64,000 nt of DNA from Polyangiaceae bacterium (GTDB lineage Bacteria; Myxococcota_A; Polyangia; Polyangiales; Polyangiaceae), in assembly GCA_965222375.1 (NCBI GenBank), contig CBDCTZ010000014.1, forward strand, positions 224,001-288,000, given 5' to 3'. Made by a program: the position numbers and the translations under genes. How positions within the stretch are numbered: the first letter of the stretch is position 1; each line of letters starts with the position of its first letter. Under the pieces are notes generated by a model. That model was given only the letters and a program-made list of their open reading frames with translations. It was not told where the DNA came from and did not search any database. This document shows, in pieces, positions 50,157 through 60,498 of the stretch.

Positions 50157-51311
50157 ATGGCATTATCCCGCCACGTGACCCGGGCAAAAGCTGTTGCTGC
50201 ATTGCTTCGCTGGATGGGACCTTGGTCCAAGTCAGCTCCAGTGGGGGTGCACAAAGAGACGCGCATTCTGCGTCCGGGTGCTGCTTCCGGGCGACGCGCC
50301 GACGAAACTCAGCGCGCCAGCGGGCCTCGGGAGCTTTCGACTCACTTGTATCGCCCCAAGGGCCAGCCTCTCGGCGCCTACCTAGTGGCACCAGGGTTGC
50401 ACTTCGACGGCCCGGATGATCCCCGGCTCGATCGCTTCTGTCGCGTCCTTGCCGCCGCGGGCTTTGTCGTCGCAGCGCCTCGGCTGCCCGGCTACTTGGA
50501 CTTGCGTGTCGAGCGCGCCGTAGCGGATGATTTCGAACTGGCGGGTCGCACGTTGGCGAGCTGGCTGCCACCGCACCAGCGGATCACGGTCTTCAGTATC
50601 AGCTTTGGCTCCTGGCCCGCCCTCGAGTTTGCGGCTCGCGCGCCTGAACTCGTGGATGCCGTCGTGTTGTTTGGTGGCTTCTCCAGCCTCGAGGCGTCTC
50701 TGCGTTATTGCTTGACCGGACAGCTGCATCTGCCTTCCGGAACGGTGCAGGGGCCGCGAGATCCCTTGAACAGTGCGGCGCTCTTCGTGAACCTGTTGCC
50801 GTTCCTGGCGGAACCCGGCGCGCAAAGCGAAGCATTGACGCGAGCGTTGCGGGAGCTGTGCTATCGCACCTGGGGCCGAATGGAGCTCAAGGCCGCGGGG
50901 CGCCTCGAGCCCTACGCGGCTTCCGTCGCCCAGACCCTTCCCCCCGAGCACCGGGACTTGTTTCTAGTCTGTGCGGGCGTCCGCCCGGGCACGATTCAGC
51001 TTGCAGAGCGTGCTCTGGAAATCGCCAGCCAAGCGCTCCAGTTCGCCGAGCCCGATACTGCGATCGATAGCCTCTCGCGGCCCGTGGTGATTTGCCACGG
51101 CCGCGACGACGACGTGATCCCGTTCACCGAGGCAGAGAAGCTCCGAAGCAAGCTCGCGGGCCGTGTACCCGTGCGGGTCCTGCTCACGGGGTTGTTCGGC
51201 CACACCGGGGTGGAGCGGGTGGGGCCGCGAGATCTAGTGCGTGAGGCGGGGAGTCTCTACGGGATGGTTCATACCCTGTCCCGGGGCGGCGCCGTGCGGG
51301 ACACCTTCTAG
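50157..51311 (+). CDS. Alpha/beta hydrolase
   Basis: Candidate catalytic triad: SISFG (Ser), HGRDDDVI (Asp), LFGH (His). Start inferred. Confidence 0.75.
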   Translation: MALSRHVTRAKAVAALLRWMGPWSKSAPVGVHKETRILRPGAASGRRADETQRASGPRELSTHLYRPKGQPLGAYLVAPGLHFDGPDDPRLDRFCRVLAAAGFVVAAPRLPGYLDLRVERAVADDFELAGRTLASWLPPHQRITVFSISFGSWPALEFAARAPELVDAVVLFGGFSSLEASLRYCLTGQLHLPSGTVQGPRDPLNSAALFVNLLPFLAEPGAQSEALTRALRELCYRTWGRMELKAAGRLEPYAASVAQTLPPEHRDLFLVCAGVRPGTIQLAERALEIASQALQFAEPDTAIDSLSRPVVICHGRDDDVIPFTEAEKLRSKLAGRVPVRVLLTGLFGHTGVERVGPRDLVREAGSLYGMVHTLSRGGAVRDTF

Positions 51312-51356
51312 TCCCGAGCTGCACCTCGCTCTGCTTCCCGTGCCCAAGCCCGGTGT

Positions 51357-51647
51357 CTACTCGACACCCAGGACGGCTCCGAAAGCCGTCGCTGTGAGAC
51401 CGATGGCAATGAAAGCGCCGACCGCCCACAACAGTCCCAAGCAGAAACCCCAAAAGCTCCGCCGGGTCTTGGTGAAGTGGAAGGGGATCGCCAGGGGGCC
51501 GAAAACGACGATTGCCATCCAGAAGCTGACAGGCGTCCAGGCTCTGGAAAGCTGTTTCGCTTGTAGTCGCGCCAGGTCCCGCTTGACGATCCACCAGGGA
51601 ACGATGATGCCGAGCGCCAGCTGCAGCGCGAACAACAGAACGGTCAC
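51357..51647 (-). CDS. Small membrane protein (3 TM helices)
   Basis: Three hydrophobic segments. Confidence 0.65.
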   Translation of the reverse strand: MTVLLFALQLALGIIVPWWIVKRDLARLQAKQLSRAWTPVSFWMAIVVFGPLAIPFHFTKTRRSFWGFCLGLLWAVGAFIAIGLTATAFGAVLGVE

Positions 51648-51725
51648 GGCGATAGCACTAGATGGCTAGGCCGCGCCGCCGAGGGCTGGCGCGCATCAGG
51701 CACCGCAGTTTCTGCGGCAGTCATC

Positions 51726-53306
51726 TCACTCAGGGGCGAAGGTCTTGACCAATTCCCGGAACGCCGTTTCCTCGTGGGCGGCGGGGGCGGTGGTGCGTCG
51801 AAACAGCGATGCCCGATTCTTCTTCGCCTCGCAGGCGAATACCTCGGACGTCTTCTTGATGGGCTCGCTGACCTTCTGGCCCTCGGTGACGGCCTTGGCC
51901 AACTCTGTGAGCGCGGGTGCCATTGCGTCGCATCCTGCCGATGGCTCTGGAAGTTTCAGGTCTTCCATCTCCATCGAGCAGCAGCCATTGCGCACGAGGG
52001 CGAAGGCGGCCATCTCGTACCACCCCAACTTGGAAAAGATGCGCATCGCATCCGTGACTTTGGCGCCTCCGGCACCCTCGACGACCGCCGTGCGCAACTT
52101 GGCTGCACCTTCGCGAGGATCGGCCTCTTTGCACAGCCATTTGAAGTCCGGTGACTTCTTGAACGCCCCCTTGGGCAAGTGCGCAGAGACGCAGGCGGCC
52201 GTGCCGTCCCCAGAGAGGCCGGCGCTTTCCGCAGTGACAGGTTGCTCCGCGAGGGAAACCTGCGCGGCGGATCCCGCCCCGGGCGCGCCCTTCGCGGCTT
52301 CCGGCGCGCTGGACTCGACGGTCTTCACGACGGGTTTGGCACCCATGGCGGAGGTCACGGCCCAAGCCGCGCCGACTCCCACGACGATTCCCACGACGGC
52401 CAGAATGGGGATCCAGCGGCGTCCTTTGCTTTCACGCACGGGTGCCGCCGGCGGCGGTTGTGTGGAGGGTCGGGTCACGGCCGCTGCATCCCTGGGCGGC
52501 GGCGCGCTCGAGCCTGCCGGCAGTGGCGGTGGAATGCTCGCGGTGGCGGGACTCTGCTCCGGCTGCTCGCCGGCGTGGGTCACGAACCAGCGCGCCAAGT
52601 CCCGTTTGAGTTGATGCAAATCGCTACGACCCTGCGGCTCCGAAGACAATGCCACGGCAAGGCATGCTCGAAGGTCTGGGTCTTCGACGCCAGCGGCCTC
52701 TAAGTCGGCTTCGGCCACGATGCCCACCACCGGCGGTGCGCTGCCGGTGAGCATTTGGTGCAGAACTGCGGCGACGGCCCAGGTGTCGTCCTCGACGCTC
52801 GGTGGGCCGTCACTGCCACGCTCGGGACTATGATGTGGAGACAGCGCCTCGGGTGAAGGGCCCCAGGCCAGCACGGGACCACTTCGCGAATCGGGCTCGA
52901 CGATGACGCTTTTGGGATGCACGAAGCCGTGTGCTGCCTTGGCGCCGTGGAGGGTTTCCAAGGCCTCGGCGATGCGCAATGCGCACTTCACCGACTCGAC
53001 TTTGGTCCAGGTGTGGTGCTCGGCGAGCTCCGCTTCGAGGGTGTGGCCCTGGACACGCTCCGCCACCAGAATGTGATTGCCCTCGGTGACGACGTCGCCG
53101 AGCAAGACTGCCAAGTGCAGATGCTGAGTGCCAACTCCCGGCCGGACCTCATGAATCCACTCCCGAGGTGCTGCGAAAGCAATCACCTCGCCCTGGGTCT
53201 CCAAGTCCACTCCTGAGAGGACGCCGGGGCCGACTTCATCGGCCGCCGAATCCATTCTGAACCGCTCAGCTAGGACAATTCCCGGTTCAAGTGGGGTCAA
53301 CGACAT
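51726..53306 (-). CDS. Membrane-spanning Ser/Thr pseudokinase with an extracytoplasmic Cys-rich domain
   Basis: Kinase-like fold with HGFVHPKSV in place of HRD and no DFG; SPE and DTWA retained; TM helix; GAGG RBS. Confidence 0.75.
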   Translation of the reverse strand: MSLTPLEPGIVLAERFRMDSAADEVGPGVLSGVDLETQGEVIAFAAPREWIHEVRPGVGTQHLHLAVLLGDVVTEGNHILVAERVQGHTLEAELAEHHTWTKVESVKCALRIAEALETLHGAKAAHGFVHPKSVIVEPDSRSGPVLAWGPSPEALSPHHSPERGSDGPPSVEDDTWAVAAVLHQMLTGSAPPVVGIVAEADLEAAGVEDPDLRACLAVALSSEPQGRSDLHQLKRDLARWFVTHAGEQPEQSPATASIPPPLPAGSSAPPPRDAAAVTRPSTQPPPAAPVRESKGRRWIPILAVVGIVVGVGAAWAVTSAMGAKPVVKTVESSAPEAAKGAPGAGSAAQVSLAEQPVTAESAGLSGDGTAACVSAHLPKGAFKKSPDFKWLCKEADPREGAAKLRTAVVEGAGGAKVTDAMRIFSKLGWYEMAAFALVRNGCCSMEMEDLKLPEPSAGCDAMAPALTELAKAVTEGQKVSEPIKKTSEVFACEAKKNRASLFRRTTAPAAHEETAFRELVKTFAPE

Positions 53307-53443
53307 TCCCTCAGGGGCGAGCGTCCCACTTCCCGAGCGCCTCGTCCAGCCCGCTGCGAACCGGCGCCCGGGCGCCCAGATTTCGGTGGTGCTGCTCGGA
53401 CTCCGCGATTGCGGACCCGAAGCGGCCAGGCCACGCTTTTTGT

Positions 53444-54040
53444 GTGCCTGACGCTCCTGTTCAGATCCGTTTGGCGACGCCTGCCGACGCTGCGGATTTC
53501 GTTGCCGTCGTGCAGCGCGCTTTCGAAGAGACGCGGGCTTACGAGTTGCCTTCCAGCGCCCTAAACGAGTCCGTGGAGCATGTCCGCCAGGCCCTCGAAG
53601 CAGGCGCGGGGCTGATTGCGACCTCACGGGGCGTCGTGGTGGGTTGCGTCCGCGTCGCCATATCGGGCGCAGGCGCGAACCTGTTGGATGTAGACCTCGC
53701 GTCAGGGCCGCTGCCACAACCACGATGCGGCGTAAGGGTGAGCTTTTCCCGCCTGGGCGTCGTGCCCGAGGCGCGGGATCAGGGGGTCGCCACGGCGATG
53801 CTCGATTTGCTCAGTGACTACGCCCGCGCCATCGGCGCGGAAGCAATCGAATTGACGGCGCGATCTCAACAACCCGACAATCGACCCAAGTGGATTCGAC
53901 GAGGCTATCGCGTCACCCACTACTCCGAGTGTTACGGCATCTCTGACATGGTCACGCACATGCAATGTCAGCTCAACTACGACGCGGAAGGCGCCAACGC
54001 AGCAGAGGGCACGCCGGGCGAGTCGTGCAGCGGCGGCTGA
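53444..54040 (+). CDS. GNAT family N-acetyltransferase
   Basis: IRLATPAD and RLGVVPEARDQGVA motif A. Confidence 0.82.
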   Translation: MPDAPVQIRLATPADAADFVAVVQRAFEETRAYELPSSALNESVEHVRQALEAGAGLIATSRGVVVGCVRVAISGAGANLLDVDLASGPLPQPRCGVRVSFSRLGVVPEARDQGVATAMLDLLSDYARAIGAEAIELTARSQQPDNRPKWIRRGYRVTHYSECYGISDMVTHMQCQLNYDAEGANAAEGTPGESCSGG

Positions 54041-54102
54041 TAGCCAGCCGTTATCAGCGCATCCGCAGATTCGATTAGACCGAGGACAAGCCACGCTGCA
54101 GT

Positions 54103-55692
54103 GTGGCGTTCATGGATGCACACGACACAGAGGGCGGCAATTGGGTCGACGTCATCGCCGAGGCGGAACTGTCCGAACGTGGGCGCGCAGTCGTCCGAGT
54201 CGGCAAGAAACAATTGGCCGTGTTCCGAACGCCCGAGGGTGTGCGAACCTGCAACAACCGCTGCCCCCACGAAGGTTATCCTCTTGCAGAAGGTAGCCTG
54301 GACGCTGGCTGCATCTTGACCTGCAACTGGCACAACTGGAAGTTCGAGCTGTCCTCCGGCGACAATCTCTTCGGCGGCGATGCACTCCGCACCTATCCCA
54401 CCGAGGTCCGTGACGGCCGCGTCTGGATCGACGCTTCGGATCCGCCGGTGGAGCGGTCTCGACGCAAGCACCTCGCGCGCCTGCTAGAAGCCATCGACGA
54501 CGATTCCTACGATCGAATCGCCCGTGAGGTCGCCCGCCTGCTACGCCTCGACACGGAGCCGGCGGCCATTGTCGCCCATGCCATCTCCCACACCGCTCCC
54601 CACTTGGAGTTCGGTTTCACTCACGCCTTCGCCGCTCTGCCGGATTGGCTCCAGCTCCGGGACGAACTCGCGGAAGATGCGGACAAGCTGGCCTGCTTGG
54701 TCGAGCCTATGGCCCACATGGCGAGGGATACCTTGAGAGAGCCGCGTTTCGAATTCGCCCAAGCCGCTAGGCCCTACTCGCCAGCGGCCCTGCTCGCCGC
54801 CATCGAGGCCGAAGAGCGCGAGCCTTCCGAAGCCCTGGTGCGAGGCGCGCTCGAAGTCGGCGTGCCGGATGCGGAGCTGCGTCCCGTTTTCGCCCGAGCC
54901 GCGCTCTCCCACTACGCGGATTTCGGTCATTCCCTGATCTACACTCAGAAGGCCTTCGAGGCCATCGCTCGCCTGGGACCGTCCGTGCGCGAGCCGCTGC
55001 TGCTGTCTCTCGTGCGCTCCCTCGTCTACGCCCAGCGAGAGGATCTGATCCCGGAGTTCCGAGGTTATGCGCCGGCGCTCCAGAAGTTCGGGACCGAGGC
55101 CGGCGAACTGCTCAGCGTCGACGCCCTGACCCGATCAGGCGTGGATGGTGCGCTGTCGGCGGTGGTCGCCGGTTCCGGTGCTGCGCCTCGAGAGCTCTAC
55201 GATGTGCTGCTCACGGCGAGCGCGCGTCGGGCGCTGTGTTTCGACACCCATTGGGAAAAGCGCTTCGACCGCCCCGTGGCCGACAACGTAGGCTGGCTCA
55301 GTTTCAGCCACCCGCTGACCTTCGCCAACGCCGTCCGGGAGCTGTGCTCGGAAACACCGGAGCTGTGGCCCGCAGGTTTGTTACAGATGGCGTGCTTCGT
55401 CGGGCGCAATCGGCGCTACGTGTCCGAGCAACCCCCCGCCGAGTGCCGGGGCGCTGTCGCGACGAGCTTCACGGAGCTATCCGAAATCGTCTTGGACCAT
55501 GGCAGCGCCGAACCCATTGTCTCGGCTCACGGCATCAAGACTTTCGTCGCTGTTCGGCGCGAGCACGCACTCGGACTGGGGGGGCAGGACTTGCCCCTCG
55601 CCCTCGATCGCATATTGCACAGCCCAATGAAGCGGCGTCACGTTCGCCGCATCGCGCGTCAATCCCTCGCTTTCGTTGCGCGAGAAGACTAG
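54103..55692 (+). CDS. Rieske [2Fe-2S] ferredoxin domain fused to a large His-rich helical domain
   Basis: CPHEGYPL...CNWHNWKF; later FTHA, DFGHSLI, SHPLTFANA and SAHGIKT. Confidence 0.85.
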   Translation: MAFMDAHDTEGGNWVDVIAEAELSERGRAVVRVGKKQLAVFRTPEGVRTCNNRCPHEGYPLAEGSLDAGCILTCNWHNWKFELSSGDNLFGGDALRTYPTEVRDGRVWIDASDPPVERSRRKHLARLLEAIDDDSYDRIAREVARLLRLDTEPAAIVAHAISHTAPHLEFGFTHAFAALPDWLQLRDELAEDADKLACLVEPMAHMARDTLREPRFEFAQAARPYSPAALLAAIEAEEREPSEALVRGALEVGVPDAELRPVFARAALSHYADFGHSLIYTQKAFEAIARLGPSVREPLLLSLVRSLVYAQREDLIPEFRGYAPALQKFGTEAGELLSVDALTRSGVDGALSAVVAGSGAAPRELYDVLLTASARRALCFDTHWEKRFDRPVADNVGWLSFSHPLTFANAVRELCSETPELWPAGLLQMACFVGRNRRYVSEQPPAECRGAVATSFTELSEIVLDHGSAEPIVSAHGIKTFVAVRREHALGLGGQDLPLALDRILHSPMKRRHVRRIARQSLAFVARED

Positions 55693-55697
55693 CTGGC

Positions 55698-56854
55698 TCA
55701 GCTGCCCAGGCAGCCGAGAAGAAGTTCGACCTTCGCCGTCGAGTCGTTCTTCACCTTGGTGCACGCCGTCGGGCACAGGATGGCTTGGGTCGGATTGGCG
55801 GGGTTGTCGTAGTAGAAGCCGTCGCCAGTGCAGGCTGCCGCGTTGGGCACCTGCGGGAAGAGTTGGGGCGTTCCCGTTCCGCCCGGCGTGTATTCCACCC
55901 GAACCTTGGTCCAGTCGATGATGCCGCCTGGTTGCTGCTGAGGTGGCGTGAGCAACTCACAGGCTACCGAAGAAACGATGTTGTTGGCGATATTGTTGAA
56001 CACCACGGAGTATTCCTTGTCGCAGACGGGGTGGCGCAGGCCGAACGTGAGCTTGCTCAAGTCTTGATATCGGGAGCCGGTGTTTACGGCGGTTGAACAT
56101 TTGGACGTGCCCACCGGTGCAGGGGTGTCTTGACGCCGACGATCGAGTGGAAGACGTAGTTTCGGGCAGCCTTCGTTCCAAAGTAGCCCGCGCCGTTGCC
56201 CGTCGTCAGGAACGTGTCGAAGGTACTGGCAGTTACCGAGGACTGGTCATCCGTCACTTCGATGAAAGCCTTGAACGCTGCGGGTCGCAGATGTGCTTTG
56301 ATCTTGTTCCAGTTCGACGAGTTCATGAACTTGGACAGCGAGTCAGTGCTGAAAATTGTGACGTTTTCTTGGAAGAAAATTGGCGGGTTGTCCTGGCCGC
56401 AACTGGATGCGCCAAGGCTTGGCAGTACGCACACCGGTCGCGTGGAGTAGTTCGCGTTCACGAACATGATCACCCGATAGTCCAGCCCGCTGGCCTGGAT
56501 GATACTCGCGAAGTTGCCGTTCACGTTGGCCTTCACCTGATTGATCTCTTTGCTCATGGAGCAGGACTGATCGATGATCCAAATGATATCCACCGGTGGG
56601 TTGGCTGCTTGTGCCGTGACAGATGCGCACGCCTCAGGCGCACCGGCGTCAGGCGGGTCGTACACGAAGGTGACATCCGGAAGGCCGCCGTCGCCAGGGC
56701 CACCGCCCGCGGCTGTTCCGGCACTCACTCGAACGACTCGATCAACTCGGGCCGGCCGGCTCTGTCTGGGTGCAGGATGCCGGCTAACTCCCCGCCCCGG
56801 CGAGGTTGCCGGTCGACAGCCCCCAAGCGAACTAGCGCTGCGAGGGCGCAACAA
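55698..56854 (-). pseudogene. VWA-domain (MIDAS) myxobacterial protein, frameshifted near 56120 and lacking an evident signal peptide
   Basis: DIIWIIDQSCSM in one frame; C-terminal GFYYDNPANPTQAILCPTAC...LLGC in another. Confidence 0.7.
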
Positions 56855-57084
56855 TTGGTGGCTCCTTCACTTCCTGCGTGAGGACGGCCGAGGCTGGTAT
56901 CCCGGGTTGAGCATCTGGGCGGATCTTGGGTTTGGGGGTCGGAGCGACCCTGCTCGGCACCGGGGCGCTACTCTCGCGCTGGCCCAAGCGGGGGCGGCCG
57001 CGCGGAGCCTCACTGCAGCACGCTATATCGACCTCGCCGCGGGCGATGGCGCCGCGCCGTCGTCGTGGCATAGGGGAGCGCGAG

Positions 57085-59481
57085 ATGTTGGCGGACGGTG
57101 ACAGGGAGGTGCTGCGCGAGCGCGCGGGACGAGATCTGGAGTGGCCTCGGTTAATGGATCACATCGCCGGTTTCGCCCTCGGTGAGGTGGCCGTGGAGCG
57201 GCTCCGCACGCTGCGCCCCCCTGTCGACAAGCACGAGTGCGATGTCGCGCATGCCTTGACATCGAGCGCCCTCGCGCTGGCAGAGGACGACGCCGCGGTG
57301 CCCGCAGTGGCGCTGCCGGATTTGGGCCACGTTCTAGGTCGAGCGCGGGTCAGCGGCGCATTGAGTGGCGAGGAGCTTTGTGGCGTATTGCAGGTGCTCG
57401 GCCATGCCCATGACTTGCGGCGCTACGCTGCGGCTCACGCTGAGGCTCACGCCGAGTTGTCTTCAGCCCTGCGCAGTGAGTCCTCTCTGGATGCCATCCG
57501 GGATGTGCTCCGAGACTCGCTGACTGAAGACGGTGACGTCGCCGATGCAGCGTCACCGGTTTTGGCCCGAGCGCGTCAAGCCGTAGTCGACTGCCGTCGA
57601 CAGCTCTCGACTCAGTTGCGACGGTTGGTGTCTCGCTACGCTGACTATTTGAGTCAGGCCTATTCGACCGAGCGCGAAGGTCGGCCAGTGCTGCCTGTGC
57701 GCGCTGACGCCGCGTCGCAAGTGCCTGGAATGGTGCTCGGCTCCAGCGCTTCCGGTGCCACCCTATTTGTCGAGCCCGCGCAGGTCAGCGAACTCGCGAA
57801 TCGGCTGCACTACGCCTTGGCGGAGGTGGAGCGGGAACGGGAGCGCGTTTTGCGGCGGCTTTCGGATCTGGTGGCCGCGCAGGTGGACGAGTTGGAAGTG
57901 GCCCACGAGGCTTGCGTCCTGTCGGATCGGCTGCACGCGCTGATGACCTGGGCTGCCCGCACGGAGTCTGTCGCCCTCGCGCCCCAGAGCGATCGCTGCC
58001 TGTCCCTTCTCAGCATGCGTCACCCGCTCTTGTTGGTTCAGGGCGCCGACGTCGTAGCCAACGACATCAGTCTCGATAGCGGCTCTGCGCTCGTGATTTC
58101 AGGACCCAACGCTGGCGGCAAGACGGTCGCTCTCAAGTGCCTGGGTTTGGCGGTTTGGATGGTCCGCGCCGGCATTCCAGTTCCAGCCAGCCGACAAAGC
58201 CACATTGGCTTCTTCGACAGCGTGCTGTCGGCGATGGCGGATGAGCAGTCTCTCAGTATGAATCTGTCGACTTTCAGCGCTCACCTGACCACTCTCGCCC
58301 AGTTCCTGAGCATCTCGGAGCAGGGCACGCTGGTGCTGCTGGACGAAGTGTGTGTCGGCACTGACCCGGAAGAGGGAGCGGCTCTCGCCGTGGCCGTAGT
58401 CGAAGCGCTTGTCGACCGCGGTGCCGCCGTCGCAGTCACGACGCACTACGAGCGACTGAAGGAGCACGCAGCAGAGGAGAAGCGGTTCCGCAACGCGTCC
58501 GTGGGGCTGAACGTCGAGACTTTTGCTCCGACCTTTCGCCTGGACTTGGGCGTACCGGGGCCTTCCAGCGCTTTGCTCGTCGCCGAGCGCTTCGGGATCG
58601 AAAGCGACATCGTGCGGCGTGCGGAAGAGCTCGTGCCAGAACATGCCTTGCGCCGAGAGTCCCTGCTTCGAGAACTTTCCATGGCACTGACCACGGCTGC
58701 CGAGCGTGAACGTGCTCTTTCGGAGGAGTTGCTGCGACAGCGCGAGTTGCGACTGGAGTTGGAAGACGAGCGCCAAACCGTCCGCGACAAGGAGCGGCGT
58801 CGACTGGTGAGAGAAGGCGCCGAGTTGGCCACGGAAGTCCGGAACGCGCGCTCGGAGCTGCGGCGTCTGATGCAAGAGGTCAAGTCCTCCAACGCCAGCG
58901 TGGACGCCGCAAAGCGGGCTGACCGAGCTCTCGATCGTGCGATGCACCCCGTCGCCATCGGCGGCAAGTTGGCGCGCCTGAACGAAAAGCCTGCTCCCAG
59001 TCCGGCGGCTCCCGCAAAACTCGAGGTGGGCACACGGGCGCACTTGGCGCGCCTTGGCGTCGACGTGGAGATCTTGGAGCGAAAGAGCTCCCGAGAGCTG
59101 AGGGTCTTGGCCGGCACCCTGAAGCTCTGGGTGAAGGAAGAGGAACTGGCGTTCCGACAGGGAGCTACAAAACGTGAAAGGCCCAAGCAGACGCGAAAGA
59201 AGAGCCGGGCTTTGGACGGCTTCGTGGCCGTACGCGTGGAGGCCAACACCTTGGATTTGCGCGGGATCCGGGTGGAAGAGGGACTCGAGCGGGTCGAGGT
59301 TTTCGTGGATCGGCTGCTGCAGTCCGGCGAGCGCGCTGGGTTCGTGCTGCACGGCCACGGGACGGGCGCCATGAAGGCAGCCGTTCGGGAGCACCTCCCG
59401 AGCCTCGCTCCGGTCCGTCGCAGCGAACCCGCAACCCAGGACGATGGCGGAGACGCGTTCACCGTCTTCTATTTAGAGTAG
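57085..59481 (+). CDS. mutS2: MutS2 (Smr-domain ATPase)
   Basis: SGPNAGGKT, DEQSL..STFSAH, LLDEV..GTDPEEG, TTHY, and C-terminal Smr LDLRG...HGHGTG. Confidence 0.93.
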   Translation: MLADGDREVLRERAGRDLEWPRLMDHIAGFALGEVAVERLRTLRPPVDKHECDVAHALTSSALALAEDDAAVPAVALPDLGHVLGRARVSGALSGEELCGVLQVLGHAHDLRRYAAAHAEAHAELSSALRSESSLDAIRDVLRDSLTEDGDVADAASPVLARARQAVVDCRRQLSTQLRRLVSRYADYLSQAYSTEREGRPVLPVRADAASQVPGMVLGSSASGATLFVEPAQVSELANRLHYALAEVERERERVLRRLSDLVAAQVDELEVAHEACVLSDRLHALMTWAARTESVALAPQSDRCLSLLSMRHPLLLVQGADVVANDISLDSGSALVISGPNAGGKTVALKCLGLAVWMVRAGIPVPASRQSHIGFFDSVLSAMADEQSLSMNLSTFSAHLTTLAQFLSISEQGTLVLLDEVCVGTDPEEGAALAVAVVEALVDRGAAVAVTTHYERLKEHAAEEKRFRNASVGLNVETFAPTFRLDLGVPGPSSALLVAERFGIESDIVRRAEELVPEHALRRESLLRELSMALTTAAERERALSEELLRQRELRLELEDERQTVRDKERRRLVREGAELATEVRNARSELRRLMQEVKSSNASVDAAKRADRALDRAMHPVAIGGKLARLNEKPAPSPAAPAKLEVGTRAHLARLGVDVEILERKSSRELRVLAGTLKLWVKEEELAFRQGATKRERPKQTRKKSRALDGFVAVRVEANTLDLRGIRVEEGLERVEVFVDRLLQSGERAGFVLHGHGTGAMKAAVREHLPSLAPVRRSEPATQDDGGDAFTVFYLE

Positions 59482-59536
59482 CCGGGCGCCAGCGGCCCTT
59501 GCCCGCGCTCGCGGTGCGGAGTACGGCTGTCTCGGG

Positions 59537-60496
59537 ATGTCGGGCAGCTTCCGCTTGGGTTGGGTCGTCGCATTGATGAGTGCCTTGCTCTTACTCGCTT
59601 GCGGCGGGCCGCCCGCCGCGACGGTTGGCCCGCATCTGGAGAACGTGAGCGCGGCGCCCGACTTCAGCGCCCCGGATGAAACAGGGAAGCTCCGCAGCCT
59701 CAGCGAGTTCCGCGGTCGCGCCTTGGTCCTCTATTTCTATCCGAAGGACGGCACGCCGGGCTGCACCAAAGAAGCTTGCGCCTTTCGAGATGCGTGGGAC
59801 CGCCTTCGCGAAGCTGGCGCAGCAGTGGTCGGAGTGTCCGTGGACTCGGTGGCTTCGCACGCTGCCTTCAAGCGCACGCATTTGTTGCCCTTCCCACTGC
59901 TGTCAGATCCAGAAGGCAAGATCTTGAGCGCCTATGGTGTGCCGACGTCGCCCCAGGGGTACGCTGCTCGCACAACGTTCATCATCGATTCCCGCGGCAT
60001 GATACGTCGCATCTTCCCCGAGGTGGATCCTGCCGTGCATGTGGAAGAGGTCCTCCCGGTACTGTCACAACTCGCTCAGGAAAGCATGACTGGCAAACAA
60101 CCCCGCGCTCCCGATGCCGAGCCATCGCCGCCCCCCACCGCAACCAAAGAACCGGCGCCGCCCGCAGCGCCCAAAGCCGCCGCCGCCCCCTCGGGCTTAC
60201 GAGCCTGGGTGATCTTTCTCGAGCCCGTGCGGCCGGAGATGGTAACCGCTCCGACCAAAGACGAAGAGGCCAAGGTCGGCGCGCATTTCGAATACCTGAA
60301 GCGCCTTCAGGCGGAAGGGATTCTGGTGATGGCAGGGCCCACCCTCGAGCCGCCGCAAGTTGGCCTCGTCATCTTTCGGGCGGTGGATCGCGCGCAGGCT
60401 GAACGCATCCTCGCGAGTGACCCGGCGGTTGCTGGCGGCGTGTTCCGTGCTCGGATGCAGGAACTCAAACTTAGCCTGTTGGGCGAGCTGAAGTAG
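59537..60496 (+). CDS. Lipoprotein: BCP/PrxQ peroxiredoxin fused to a YciI-like domain
   Basis: Lipobox LLAC, YFYPKDGTPGCTKEAC, and C-terminal AHFEYL...AGP...DPAV. Confidence 0.85.
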   Translation: MSGSFRLGWVVALMSALLLLACGGPPAATVGPHLENVSAAPDFSAPDETGKLRSLSEFRGRALVLYFYPKDGTPGCTKEACAFRDAWDRLREAGAAVVGVSVDSVASHAAFKRTHLLPFPLLSDPEGKILSAYGVPTSPQGYAARTTFIIDSRGMIRRIFPEVDPAVHVEEVLPVLSQLAQESMTGKQPRAPDAEPSPPPTATKEPAPPAAPKAAAAPSGLRAWVIFLEPVRPEMVTAPTKDEEAKVGAHFEYLKRLQAEGILVMAGPTLEPPQVGLVIFRAVDRAQAERILASDPAVAGGVFRARMQELKLSLLGELK

Positions 60497-60498
60497 CC

